From: an uncultured Bacilli bacterium
GTDB lineage: Bacteria > Bacillota_I > Bacilli_A > RF39 > UBA660
Reading direction: 5' to 3'
DNA length: 64,000 nt
Assembly: GCA_934149105.1 (NCBI GenBank)
Contig: CAKPDP010000004.1
Coordinates: 5,277 to 69,276, forward strand
The position numbers and the translations under genes are program-made. The notes beneath the pieces were generated by a model. The model worked only from the letters and a program-made list of their open reading frames with translations, did no database searches and was not told where the DNA came from. Position 1 is the stretch's first letter. Each line of letters starts with the position of its first letter. Positions 42,431 through 51,236 of the stretch are shown one piece after another.

Positions 42431-43261
42431 ATGGAAAAATATAAAGAAATAGAACGTAGCATTATCAAAAAGTTCCGTAAAGATATTTGGAGTCTTTTTG
42501 TTAAAGCTATAATTGAATATGAATTGATAAAAGAAAATGATAAAGTAATGGTTTGTATAAGTGGCGGAAAAGACAGTTTCTTGTTAGCTAAATGTATTCA
42601 AGAATTGCAAAGACATGGTAAATTTCCTTTTGAAGCCCACTATGTTGTTATGGATCCTGGCTACAATGATTACAACCGTGATATGATCATTGACAATGCC
42701 AAAATTTTAGGCCTTGATATTGAAATGTTTCAAAGTGATATCTTTGATGTCGTAGCGGAGCAAACTGATGGGAGTCCCTGTTACTTATGTGCTAAAATGC
42801 GTAGAGGCTGTTTATATAACCACGCTAAAGAACTAGGTTGTAACAAAATAGCCCTAGGCCACCATTTTAATGATGTTATTGAAACTACACTTTTATCAAT
42901 GTTTTATGGATCAGAGATTAAAACTATGATGCCTAAACTTCATAGTGATAATTTCCCTGGCTTAGAATTAATAAGACCCTTATATTTAGTTCATGAAGAA
43001 AGTATAATTGCTTGGAGACAATATAACGATCTAACCTTCATTAATTGTGCTTGTCGATTTACAGAAGGTTGTTCCTTAATCAATGATGGAACTAGCAAAA
43101 GAAAAGAAATTAAAGAACTAATTAAAAAGTTAAAACAAGTAAATAAAAATATTGATCGTAATATCTTTAAAAGCCTTGATAATGTTAATTTAAATTGTGT
43201 TTTAGGAACTAAAAAAGATGGCCACTACGAAAGCTTTTTAAAAAATTATGATCAAAAATAA
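42431..43261 (+). CDS. PP-loop ATP pyrophosphatase, TtcA-like tRNA thiolation enzyme
   Basis: SGGKDS PP-loop flanked by CxxC motifs (SPCYLCAK, NCACRFTEGC). Downstream of cysteine desulfurase. Confidence 0.6.
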   Translation: MEKYKEIERSIIKKFRKDIWSLFVKAIIEYELIKENDKVMVCISGGKDSFLLAKCIQELQRHGKFPFEAHYVVMDPGYNDYNRDMIIDNAKILGLDIEMFQSDIFDVVAEQTDGSPCYLCAKMRRGCLYNHAKELGCNKIALGHHFNDVIETTLLSMFYGSEIKTMMPKLHSDNFPGLELIRPLYLVHEESIIAWRQYNDLTFINCACRFTEGCSLINDGTSKRKEIKELIKKLKQVNKNIDRNIFKSLDNVNLNCVLGTKKDGHYESFLKNYDQK

Positions 43262-43366
43262 TACCAAAATATCTTACTAAAAATTTCAAAATATGATATC
43301 ATATATACAGAAAACAACTTATTTTAGGTAGAAATTAGAAACGAACATTAGCAATAATGACTAACG

Positions 43367-43393
43367 AACAACACAAAATAGTGTTGTTTTTCT
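43367..43393 (+). terminator. Rho-independent terminator AACAACAC-aaaata-GTGTTGTT + TTTTC
   Basis: Perfect 8-bp stem. Lies 20 nt upstream of the next gene's RBS. Confidence 0.55.
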
Positions 43394-43413
43394 AATCAGA
43401 AAGGAGGTAAATT

Positions 43414-43884
43414 ATGCCTAAAACTAAATTTCAAGATTTAATTTTTTCTTTTATCATGATTATTATAATGGTTTATGGAATGATCTTTTATAATGCTCTT
43501 ACTGAAACTTCAACCATAACTAATACCATCTTTTTAGAATGCTTAAAAAGATTACCTTTAGTAGCAGTAATAGTTTTTATAATTGAACACTTTTTTATTA
43601 GTAAATTAAGTAAAAGTTTAACCTTTAAAGTTCTAGATCCTAAGAATACTAATTCTTTCTTTATAACTATTCTTATGTCTTCTCTAACTGTTATGTTTAT
43701 GTGTCCTATTATGAGCTTTATAACTAGTCTTCTTTTTAATTACCAAGGACTAAATAACATCATCTTAAACTTCTTAACATCTACTATTCATAATTTTTCT
43801 ATGGCAATATGTTATCAATTATTCTATGCCGGACCCTTAACTAGATTAATTTTTAGAACTATCTTTAAATCTAAGTTATCATAA
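43414..43884 (+). CDS. Small multi-pass membrane protein (DUF2798-like)
   Basis: 156 aa, four predicted TM helices. RBS AAAGGAGG. Family from memory only. Confidence 0.4.
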   Translation: MPKTKFQDLIFSFIMIIIMVYGMIFYNALTETSTITNTIFLECLKRLPLVAVIVFIIEHFFISKLSKSLTFKVLDPKNTNSFFITILMSSLTVMFMCPIMSFITSLLFNYQGLNNIILNFLTSTIHNFSMAICYQLFYAGPLTRLIFRTIFKSKLS

Positions 43885-43893
43885 TCTATCAAG

Positions 43894-43930
43894 CTCTTTA
43901 AAGGCTTTATCATCTTTAAAGAGTTTTTTT
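43894..43930 (+). terminator. Rho-independent terminator CTCTTTAAAG-N10-CTTTAAAGAG + T7
   Basis: 10-bp perfect stem read directly. Confidence 0.7.
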
Positions 43931-44036
43931 CTATCTTTTTCATAACTCACATAGAAAGAACAAATGTTTGTAAAAAACTATTGACATCCGTAATCTCCCA
44001 TGTTAGAATTAAGATATCACAACTAAGGAGGTTATC

Positions 44037-44534
44037 ATGAAGACTAAAGAAGAAAAAACTAACGTCATAAGAATATTGGAACAATCCCAAGTTCAGTTTC
44101 AAACTCATACTTATCTAAACACTAAAGCTGTAAGTGGCCAAGAAGTAGCAGCCGTTTTACAAGAAGATCCAGATATGGTCTTTAAGACCTTAGTAACTGT
44201 CAGTAAAAATAATCAGCATCATTATGTCTTTCTTGTTCCCGTATCTAGCAATTTAGATTTAAAAAAAGCTGCTTCGGTAGTAGGGGAGAAAAGCCTTGAA
44301 ATGTTAAAATCTAAAGAGTTATTATCTTTAACAGGCTATGTTCACGGTGGTTGTTCGCCGATTGGTATGAAAAAGCCCTTTAATACTATCATTGATGAAA
44401 GTGCTAGAAATTATCCTACTATAATTTTTAGTGGTGGAAAAATAGGTTATCAAGTAGAAATTAGTCTTTCAGAATTAGCTAAAGTAATTCCTATCAATTT
44501 AGCCAATATTAAGGAGGATAATACTAACAAATGA
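44037..44534 (+). CDS. ybaK: Cys-tRNA(Pro)/Cys-tRNA(Cys) deacylase YbaK
   Basis: YbaK/ProX deacylase signature GYVHGGCSPIG. 165 aa. Confidence 0.85.
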   Translation: MKTKEEKTNVIRILEQSQVQFQTHTYLNTKAVSGQEVAAVLQEDPDMVFKTLVTVSKNNQHHYVFLVPVSSNLDLKKAASVVGEKSLEMLKSKELLSLTGYVHGGCSPIGMKKPFNTIIDESARNYPTIIFSGGKIGYQVEISLSELAKVIPINLANIKEDNTNK

Positions 44535-44679
44535 TTTATATGAGTTACTATAATTCAAGTTTAGAAAAAAATAAGATTAGCCTGTAAAAACAGCAAATTA
44601 ATAGGCTTATAGTTGAAAAAGTAGAAAGATTATCTAGATAGCTTTAAAGAAGAAAAAGAAGTACAAGATGTGAAGTTAA

Positions 44680-44799
44680 AACGTTGTCAGTGCCATAGAC
44701 CATAACCCCATATCTATCATCATTCCGTGCCACCGAGTAATAGGATCCGATAACAATTTGACAGGCTATGCCGGCGGGCTAGATGATAAAATAAAATAG
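44680..44799 (+). pseudogene. ogt: Relic of O6-methylguanine-DNA methyltransferase gene (C-terminal active-site fragment only)
   Basis: Stop-to-stop frame with no start codon encodes [39 protein letters not shown]. This is the MGMT PCHRV active-site box. GC content is locally far above surroundings. Confidence 0.65.
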
Positions 44800-44836
44800 T
44801 TAGAATTAGAATGTCTAACCATTAAAGATAAAAAAT

Positions 44837-45415
44837 ATGTTCAAAAAAAGAGTTGATTGTATGGAAAAAAATATTCAAAGATGTCACTGGTGTAACTTAA
44901 ATAATGAGTTATATCTTAAATATCATGATGAAGAGTGGGGAGTACCTAATTATGAAGATGATAAATATCTCTGGGAAATGTTATTATTAGAAAGCTTTCA
45001 AGCAGGCTTATCTTGGGAATGTATTTTAAATAAAAGAGAAAACTTTCGCCTTGCTTTTGATAATTTTGATGGTCAAAAAATAAGTACTTATTCTGAAACT
45101 AAAATTACTGAATTAATGCAAAATAAAGCCATAATAAGAAATAAATTAAAAATAAAGTCGGCTGTTAAAAATGCTAGGATTTTTCTAAGTATTTCTAAAG
45201 ACTATGGAAGTTTTTCTAACTATTTAAAAACCTTCACAGATGATAAGATAATCTATGAAAATGGCAAAACAACTTCTCCTTTATCCGATGCTATATCTAA
45301 AGATCTTTATAAAAGAGGAATGCGTTTCATAGGCAGCACTATCATTTATAGTTACTTACAAGCAATAGGGATAATTAATTCTCACGAAGAATGTTGTTAT
45401 AAATATAATCGATGA
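44837..45415 (+). CDS. tag: DNA-3-methyladenine glycosylase I
   Basis: RCHWC...YHDEEWGVP...FQAGLSWECILNKRENFR...ECCYKY. Start may be the second ATG at 44861. Confidence 0.9.
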   Translation: MFKKRVDCMEKNIQRCHWCNLNNELYLKYHDEEWGVPNYEDDKYLWEMLLLESFQAGLSWECILNKRENFRLAFDNFDGQKISTYSETKITELMQNKAIIRNKLKIKSAVKNARIFLSISKDYGSFSNYLKTFTDDKIIYENGKTTSPLSDAISKDLYKRGMRFIGSTIIYSYLQAIGIINSHEECCYKYNR

Positions 45416-46344
45416 TAATAAATACTGGTTGTAGAACCGACATTCCTGCTTTCTATTCTAAATGGTTTTTAAATAGAATAAAAGAAGGCTATGTCCTAGT
45501 AAGAAATCCTTATTATCAAGAAGTAGTTATAAAATATGAATTAAATCCCCGTGTTGTAGATTATTTGGAATTTTGTACTAAAAATCCTAAACCTCTGTTA
45601 GAACATCTAGATGAATTAAAAAAATATAAACAATTTTGGTCTGTAACAATTACTCCTTACAATAAAGAAATTGAAATTAAAGTTCCTAATAAACAAGAAG
45701 TAATCCAAAGTTTTCAACGTCTTTCACAAAAGCTAGGTAGTAAATTTATGACCTGGCGTTATGATCCTATCTTTTTCTATAAAGAATATACCTTTGAAAG
45801 ACATATTCAAGAATTCTCCTTAATTGCTAAAAGCTTAAAAGGTTATACTCATATTTGTGTAATAAGTTTTTTAGATTTATATTCTAAAGTTAAAAAGAAT
45901 GCTCCTAACTATAAAGTTCCTACCATTAAAGAACAATTAGAACTATCTAAAGAATTAGTTAAAATAGCATCCGCAAACGATATGGTTATCTATGCTTGCT
46001 GCGAAAATTCTATTCTAGAGACAGTCGGAGTTAAATGTATCGGGTGTCGTAATCAAACTTTAATTGAAAAAACTTTAGGTTATAAATTAAATATTCCTAA
46101 AGTTCCTAATTTAAGAGGCAGTTGTTCTTGCGTTTTAGGAAATGATATTGGTGCCTACAACACCTGCCTTCATTTTTGCCGCTATTGTTATGCCAACGAA
46201 AGTGCCACCGCTGTTCTTAAGAATATTAAAAATCATGATGACAATTCTCCTTTATTAATAGGAAATATAACTTCTAATGATAAAATAGTTTCCGCTCATC
46301 AAAAATCTTTCAAAATTTCCGAAAAACAATTACAACTTTTTTAA
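45412..46344 (+). CDS. DUF1848-like conserved hypothetical protein, Cys-rich C-terminal half including CX3CX2C
   Basis: ATGA overlap with tag stop. MIINTGCRTDIPAFYSKWF N-terminus. Cys cluster YACCENS, CIGCRNQ, GSCSCVLG, NTCLHFCRYC. Family name from memory. Confidence 0.5.
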   Translation: MIINTGCRTDIPAFYSKWFLNRIKEGYVLVRNPYYQEVVIKYELNPRVVDYLEFCTKNPKPLLEHLDELKKYKQFWSVTITPYNKEIEIKVPNKQEVIQSFQRLSQKLGSKFMTWRYDPIFFYKEYTFERHIQEFSLIAKSLKGYTHICVISFLDLYSKVKKNAPNYKVPTIKEQLELSKELVKIASANDMVIYACCENSILETVGVKCIGCRNQTLIEKTLGYKLNIPKVPNLRGSCSCVLGNDIGAYNTCLHFCRYCYANESATAVLKNIKNHDDNSPLLIGNITSNDKIVSAHQKSFKISEKQLQLF

Positions 46345-46405
46345 AAAATAATTATTATTCCCTTGACTTAGAGCTAACTCTAAGTGATAAAATAATCATA
46401 AAAGG

Positions 46406-48178
46406 ATGAGATATATGTATTTAGAAAAAATAAATAGTCCACAAGACTTAAAAAAATTAAATAATACACAATTAAAAGATTTAGCCATTGAAATAAGAAA
46501 GGCTCTTATGAATAGACTTAGTAAACATGGTGGCCATTTTGGTCCTAATTTTGGGATGGTTGAAGCTACTATTGCTCTTCATTATGTTTTTGATACTCCA
46601 AAAGACAAAATTGTTTTTGATGTTTCCCATCAAAGCTATATTCATAAAATGCTAACTGGGAGATCAAAAGCCTATACTGATAGTAATTCTTTTGATGATG
46701 TTTCTGGATATACCAATCCTAATGAAAGTTCTTACGATTTATTTGAAATAGGTCATACTTCTACTTCTATAAGTTTAGCTTCTGGCTTAGCTGTTGCTAG
46801 AGATTTAAGAGGGGAAAAAGATAATGTTATTGCTGTTATTGGTGATGGCTCTTTATCTGGCGGTGAAGCCCTAGAAGGTCTAGACTTTATAGGAGAAAGA
46901 ACAACAAACTTTATAATAGTGGTAAATGATAATGAAATGTCGATTGCTGAAAATCATGGTGGTTTATATAAAGGCTTACAAGAGTTAAGAGAAACCAATG
47001 GTACTTCTCCTAATAATCTTTTTAAAGCCATGGGCTTAGATTATTTATACGTAAACTCTGGAAATGATATTGATGCTTTAATTGAAGCCTTTGAAAAAGT
47101 TAAAGATAGTTCTAAGCCTATTGTCGTCCATATTCACACTGAGAAAGGTCATGGATATGCCAAAGCCGTAGCCAATAAGGAAAATTGGCATTGGTGTATG
47201 CCTTTTGATGTCGAAACTGGTAAAAGTCTTGTTAGTTTTTATGGTGAAGATTATGGTAATATTACTGCTGAATTCTTACTAGACAAAATGCAAAAAGATA
47301 AAAATGTCGTTGCCATAGTTGCCGGTGTACCAAGTAATATTGGTTTTACTAAAGATAAAAGAGAACAAGCTGGATCTCAATTTATTGATGTTGGTATTGC
47401 TGAAGAACAAGCTATCGCTATGGCTTCTGGAATAGCTAAAAATGGTGGTAAACCTATCTTTGCAACTCATGCTAGTTTTATGCAAAGAACCTACGATCAA
47501 CTAAGCCAAGATTTATGCATAAACAATAATTCTGCCACTATTCTTGTAAATACTGCTTCTGTCTATGGCATGAATGACGTAACTCATCTTGGTATTTTTG
47601 ATATTCCTATGATGTCCAATATTCCTAATCTTGTTTACTTAGCTCCTACTAATAAAGATGAATATTTAAAAATGTTAGACTGGAGTATTAACCAAGATAA
47701 ATATCCTGTTGCCATAAGAATTCCTTGTAATGGAGTTATAAATGATAATCGAATAGGTGATTCAGATTATAGTAACTTAAATAAATATAAAATAGAAAAA
47801 TCTGGAAATACTATTGCGATCTTAGCTCTAGGTGATTTTTATCAACTAGGAGAAGAAATAACTAACTATATTTCAGATAATTTAAAAATCACTCCAACCC
47901 TTATAAATCCTCGTTATATAACAGGATTAGATACAGAACTATTGGATAATTTAAAACAAAATCACAGCTTAGTATTAACCTTAGAAGATGGTATCTTAAA
48001 TGGTGGCTTCGGTGAAAAAATAAGTAGTTATTATGGAGCTACTACCATGAAAGTTAAAAACTATGGTCTTAAGAAAGAGTTTATTGATAGATATCAAGTT
48101 TCTAAAATTTTAAAAGAAAATGGAATAACTAAAGAGCAAATTTTAATAGATATAAAAAATATTTTTAATTTAAAATAA
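46406..48178 (+). CDS. dxs: 1-deoxy-D-xylulose-5-phosphate synthase
   Basis: INSPQDLKKL...HGGHFGPNFGMVEATIALHYVFDTPKDKIVFDVSHQSYIHKMLTGR, GDGSLSGG TPP-binding. Probable true start ATG 46415. Confidence 0.85.
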   Translation: MRYMYLEKINSPQDLKKLNNTQLKDLAIEIRKALMNRLSKHGGHFGPNFGMVEATIALHYVFDTPKDKIVFDVSHQSYIHKMLTGRSKAYTDSNSFDDVSGYTNPNESSYDLFEIGHTSTSISLASGLAVARDLRGEKDNVIAVIGDGSLSGGEALEGLDFIGERTTNFIIVVNDNEMSIAENHGGLYKGLQELRETNGTSPNNLFKAMGLDYLYVNSGNDIDALIEAFEKVKDSSKPIVVHIHTEKGHGYAKAVANKENWHWCMPFDVETGKSLVSFYGEDYGNITAEFLLDKMQKDKNVVAIVAGVPSNIGFTKDKREQAGSQFIDVGIAEEQAIAMASGIAKNGGKPIFATHASFMQRTYDQLSQDLCINNNSATILVNTASVYGMNDVTHLGIFDIPMMSNIPNLVYLAPTNKDEYLKMLDWSINQDKYPVAIRIPCNGVINDNRIGDSDYSNLNKYKIEKSGNTIAILALGDFYQLGEEITNYISDNLKITPTLINPRYITGLDTELLDNLKQNHSLVLTLEDGILNGGFGEKISSYYGATTMKVKNYGLKKEFIDRYQVSKILKENGITKEQILIDIKNIFNLK

Positions 48179-48209
48179 AAAAGATAATGTTATAATATAT
48201 TTATAGGAT

Positions 48210-48620
48210 GTGATAACAATGAAAAATTATGAAACAAAAGAAAGTTTAGAAAAATTACTAGAAAATGAAGGTTTTGTAAAAACTAATAATATTTCTGTTA
48301 TTAGTGCCACTGAAACTACTTGTACCCTTAGAATGGAGATTAAAGATAATATTAAAAATCCTTATCAAATAGTTCATGGTGGAGCCACTTTTGGTCTAGG
48401 AGACACAGTTATGGGCATGACTACTAGAATGTTTGGAAAAAAATCCGTAACTCTTAATTCTCATATCAGCTACTTAAGACCAGGAACTGGAAAATATTTA
48501 GATGCTACTAGTGAAATTATTAAAAAAGGGAAAAACATCTGTGTTTTAAGAGCTAATATATATAATGATAGTAACATTTTAGTAGCGGTTATGGAAGGAA
48601 CTTATTCTTATATAGATTAG
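48210..48620 (+). CDS. Hotdog-fold thioesterase (PaaI/YbgC-like)
   Basis: 136 aa. IVHGGATFGLGDTVMG motif. Confidence 0.7.
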   Translation: MITMKNYETKESLEKLLENEGFVKTNNISVISATETTCTLRMEIKDNIKNPYQIVHGGATFGLGDTVMGMTTRMFGKKSVTLNSHISYLRPGTGKYLDATSEIIKKGKNICVLRANIYNDSNILVAVMEGTYSYID

Positions 48621-48635
48621 TAAAAGTGTGATATT

Positions 48636-48794
48636 ATGACAATAAAAGAGGTAAGTGAAAAATATAATTTATCTAACGATACTTTAAGATACTATGAAAA
48701 GGTAGGACTTATAGGTCCTATCTCAAAAAATAGTAGTGGTATCAGAAATTATTATGATATACTTATCTTAGAGAGTGAGGTCCAAAATGATTGA
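48636..48794 (+). CDS. MerR-family HTH-only mini-protein (52 aa). Possible truncated regulator
   Basis: MTIKEVSEKYNLSNDTLRYYEKVGLIGP is a canonical MerR N-terminal HTH. No effector domain. Overlaps yqeK start by 8 nt. Confidence 0.4.
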   Translation: MTIKEVSEKYNLSNDTLRYYEKVGLIGPISKNSSGIRNYYDILILESEVQND

Positions 48795-49362
48795 TTACCA
48801 AGATTTAGAATTAATAGCTAAGAAAAATTTATCTAAATACAGATTTAAACATTCCTTAGGCGTCGTAGAACGAGCTTTAGAATATGCCGAACACTATAAC
48901 ATAGATAAAAATATTGTTAAATTAGTGGCAATAGCTCACGATCTAGCTAAAGAATTATCTAAAGAAGATGTAGATAAGTATTTAAGCTCTAAAGAAGTAA
49001 TATTAGACTCCATTGAAATTCAAAACAATAATTTAGTTCATGCTAAAATAGGAGCTTATATTTGTGAAAAAGAATATGGCTTTTCTTCTGATATGGCCAA
49101 TGCCATAAAATATCATACCACTGGAAGAGCTAATATGAGTACTCTTGAAAAAATCATCTTCCTAGCAGACACTACTGAAAAAAATAGAACCTATAAAGAT
49201 CTAGACTATTATGTTGATTTATCTAACGATAACTTAGATAAAGCTATTTATGAAGTAACTAAATGGAGTATAAATAATTTATTAACTAAAGATGTACTCA
49301 TTCATCCTGATACTATTAGTTGCTATAATTATTATAATCCTCTAAATAAATTTAAAAATTAA
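48787..49362 (+). CDS. yqeK: HD-domain Ap4A hydrolase YqeK
   Basis: HSLGVVERALEYAEHY...IAHDLAK...KYHTTGRANMSTLEKIIFLADTTE...HPDTISCYNY matches YqeK along its length. Start at MIDYQ with GAGTGAGG RBS. Confidence 0.8.
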   Translation: MIDYQDLELIAKKNLSKYRFKHSLGVVERALEYAEHYNIDKNIVKLVAIAHDLAKELSKEDVDKYLSSKEVILDSIEIQNNNLVHAKIGAYICEKEYGFSSDMANAIKYHTTGRANMSTLEKIIFLADTTEKNRTYKDLDYYVDLSNDNLDKAIYEVTKWSINNLLTKDVLIHPDTISCYNYYNPLNKFKN

Positions 49363-49469
49363 TAATTTTTAATAAAATTTATAATTAATTATAAATATTA
49401 CTACTTAAAATTAATAATTACATTGCATATAATGTTTTTATATAGAATAGATAAGAAAGGTGTGATAAT

Positions 49470-51236
49470 ATGCTAAAATTACTTAAAAATTTAAGTAAAA
49501 AAGAGTGGTTGTTAGTATTCATGTGCTTTATCCTGATAGTAGGGCAAGTTTGGCTAGAATTAAAAATGCCTGATTATATGTCGAAAATAACGGTCCTTGT
49601 TCAAACTGAAGGAAGTAGTATGAAAGATATCTTAATTAATGGTGGCTATATGCTTTTATGTGCTTTTGGTAGCCTAGTCTCGGCTATTATTGTAGGATAT
49701 TTAACCGCCAACATCTCTGCTTCTTTCTCTAAAAAGACTAGAAAGAAAATCTTTGATAAAGTCGAAAATCTCGCTATGGAAGAAGTAAAAAAATTCTCTA
49801 CTAGTAGTTTAATTACTAGAACAACTAATGATATTACTCAAATCCAAATGTTGGTATCTATGGGCCTACAATTGATGATCAAAGCTCCAATTACTGCTAT
49901 ATGGGCTGTGACAAAAATTCTTAATAAAAGTTGGCAATGGAGTGCTATCACCGGTGTTGCTATTTTAATTCTTCTAAGTGTTATCTCTATTCTTATGATA
50001 ATTGTTTTACCTAGATTTAAGATCGTTCAAAAATTAACCGATAAATTAAATGGAGTAACTAGAGAAAATCTAACTGGTATTCGGGTTGTAAGAGCCTTTA
50101 ATGCCGAAAAGTACCAAGAAGATAAATTTGACAAAGTAAATAATGACTTAACTGATTTACAATTATTCAATCAAAAGTCATTTGCCATTATGTCTCCTGT
50201 TATGTACTTAGTTATGTACTTTTTAACTCTATCCATCTATTTTATTGGTGCATACTTAATAAAAGATGCCTTAATGGTTGATAAATTATCTCTATTTGGA
50301 GATATGATTGTTTTCTCATCTTATGCTATGCAAGTAATTATGGCCTTTTTAATGCTAGCCATGATCTTTATGATGGTACCTAGAGCTCAAGTCTCTGCTA
50401 ACCGTATCAATGAAGTTTTAGAAACACCACTTACCATTAAAGATGGAAAAATAAGTAATCCTAAAACTAAAGAAATTGGAACCGTTGAATTCAAAAATGT
50501 TTCCTTTAAATATGGTGATGCCGAAGAGTACTTATTAAAAAATATTTCTTTTAAAGCTAATACTGGAGAAACTGTAGCTTTTATTGGTTCCACTGGTAGT
50601 GGCAAATCAACCTTAATAAATTTAATTCCTCGTTTCTATGATGCTACCCTAGGTGAAGTATTAGTAGATGGAATAAACGTAAAAGATTATACTCAAACCT
50701 CTCTTCATAATAAAATTGGCTATGTTCCTCAGAAAGCTGTCATGTTTAATGGAACTGTAAGTACGAATGTGGCCTATGGCGATAATGGTAAAAATAATAT
50801 AACCAAAGATAAAATAAAAGAAGCTATTAAAGTAGCCCAAGCTACTGAATTCGTTGAGAAAATGGATAAAAAATATGATACCCATATTGCTCAAGGAGGA
50901 ACCAATGTATCTGGTGGTCAAAAACAAAGATTAGCAATCGCTAGAGCCGTAGCCCGCGATCCAGAAATCTATATTTTTGACGATTCTTTCTCAGCCTTAG
51001 ATTATAAAACAGATTCTGTTTTAAGACATGAATTAAAAAAATATACTAAAAATGCTACCAGTATAATTGTTGCCCAAAGAATAGGAACTATCATGAATGC
51101 CGATAAAATCATTGTCTTAGACGATGGAGAATGTGTTGGAATGGGTACACATAAAGAATTATTAAAGTCTTGTGAAGTCTATAAACAAATAGCCTTATCC
51201 CAATTATCAAAGGAGGAATTAGAAAATGGACAATAA
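49470..51236 (+). CDS. ABC exporter, fused permease/ATPase (ABCB type), subunit 1 of heterodimer
   Basis: Six TM + NBD with Walker A GSTGSGKST, signature VSGGQKQRLAIARA, Walker B IYIFDDSFSALD. Confidence 0.85.
   Translation: MLKLLKNLSKKEWLLVFMCFILIVGQVWLELKMPDYMSKITVLVQTEGSSMKDILINGGYMLLCAFGSLVSAIIVGYLTANISASFSKKTRKKIFDKVENLAMEEVKKFSTSSLITRTTNDITQIQMLVSMGLQLMIKAPITAIWAVTKILNKSWQWSAITGVAILILLSVISILMIIVLPRFKIVQKLTDKLNGVTRENLTGIRVVRAFNAEKYQEDKFDKVNNDLTDLQLFNQKSFAIMSPVMYLVMYFLTLSIYFIGAYLIKDALMVDKLSLFGDMIVFSSYAMQVIMAFLMLAMIFMMVPRAQVSANRINEVLETPLTIKDGKISNPKTKEIGTVEFKNVSFKYGDAEEYLLKNISFKANTGETVAFIGSTGSGKSTLINLIPRFYDATLGEVLVDGINVKDYTQTSLHNKIGYVPQKAVMFNGTVSTNVAYGDNGKNNITKDKIKEAIKVAQATEFVEKMDKKYDTHIAQGGTNVSGGQKQRLAIARAVARDPEIYIFDDSFSALDYKTDSVLRHELKKYTKNATSIIVAQRIGTIMNADKIIVLDDGECVGMGTHKELLKSCEVYKQIALSQLSKEELENGQ

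Noticed and set aside
44690-44790. GC-rich block first suspected to be a riboswitch or sRNA upstream of tag
   Set aside because: I ran through the motifs I know for TPP, FMN, SAM, purine, glycine, ZTP, fluoride, cobalamin, c-di-GMP riboswitches and the T-box and found no match. One frame cleanly encodes the MGMT PCHRV active-site region. So it is explained as an ogt relic.
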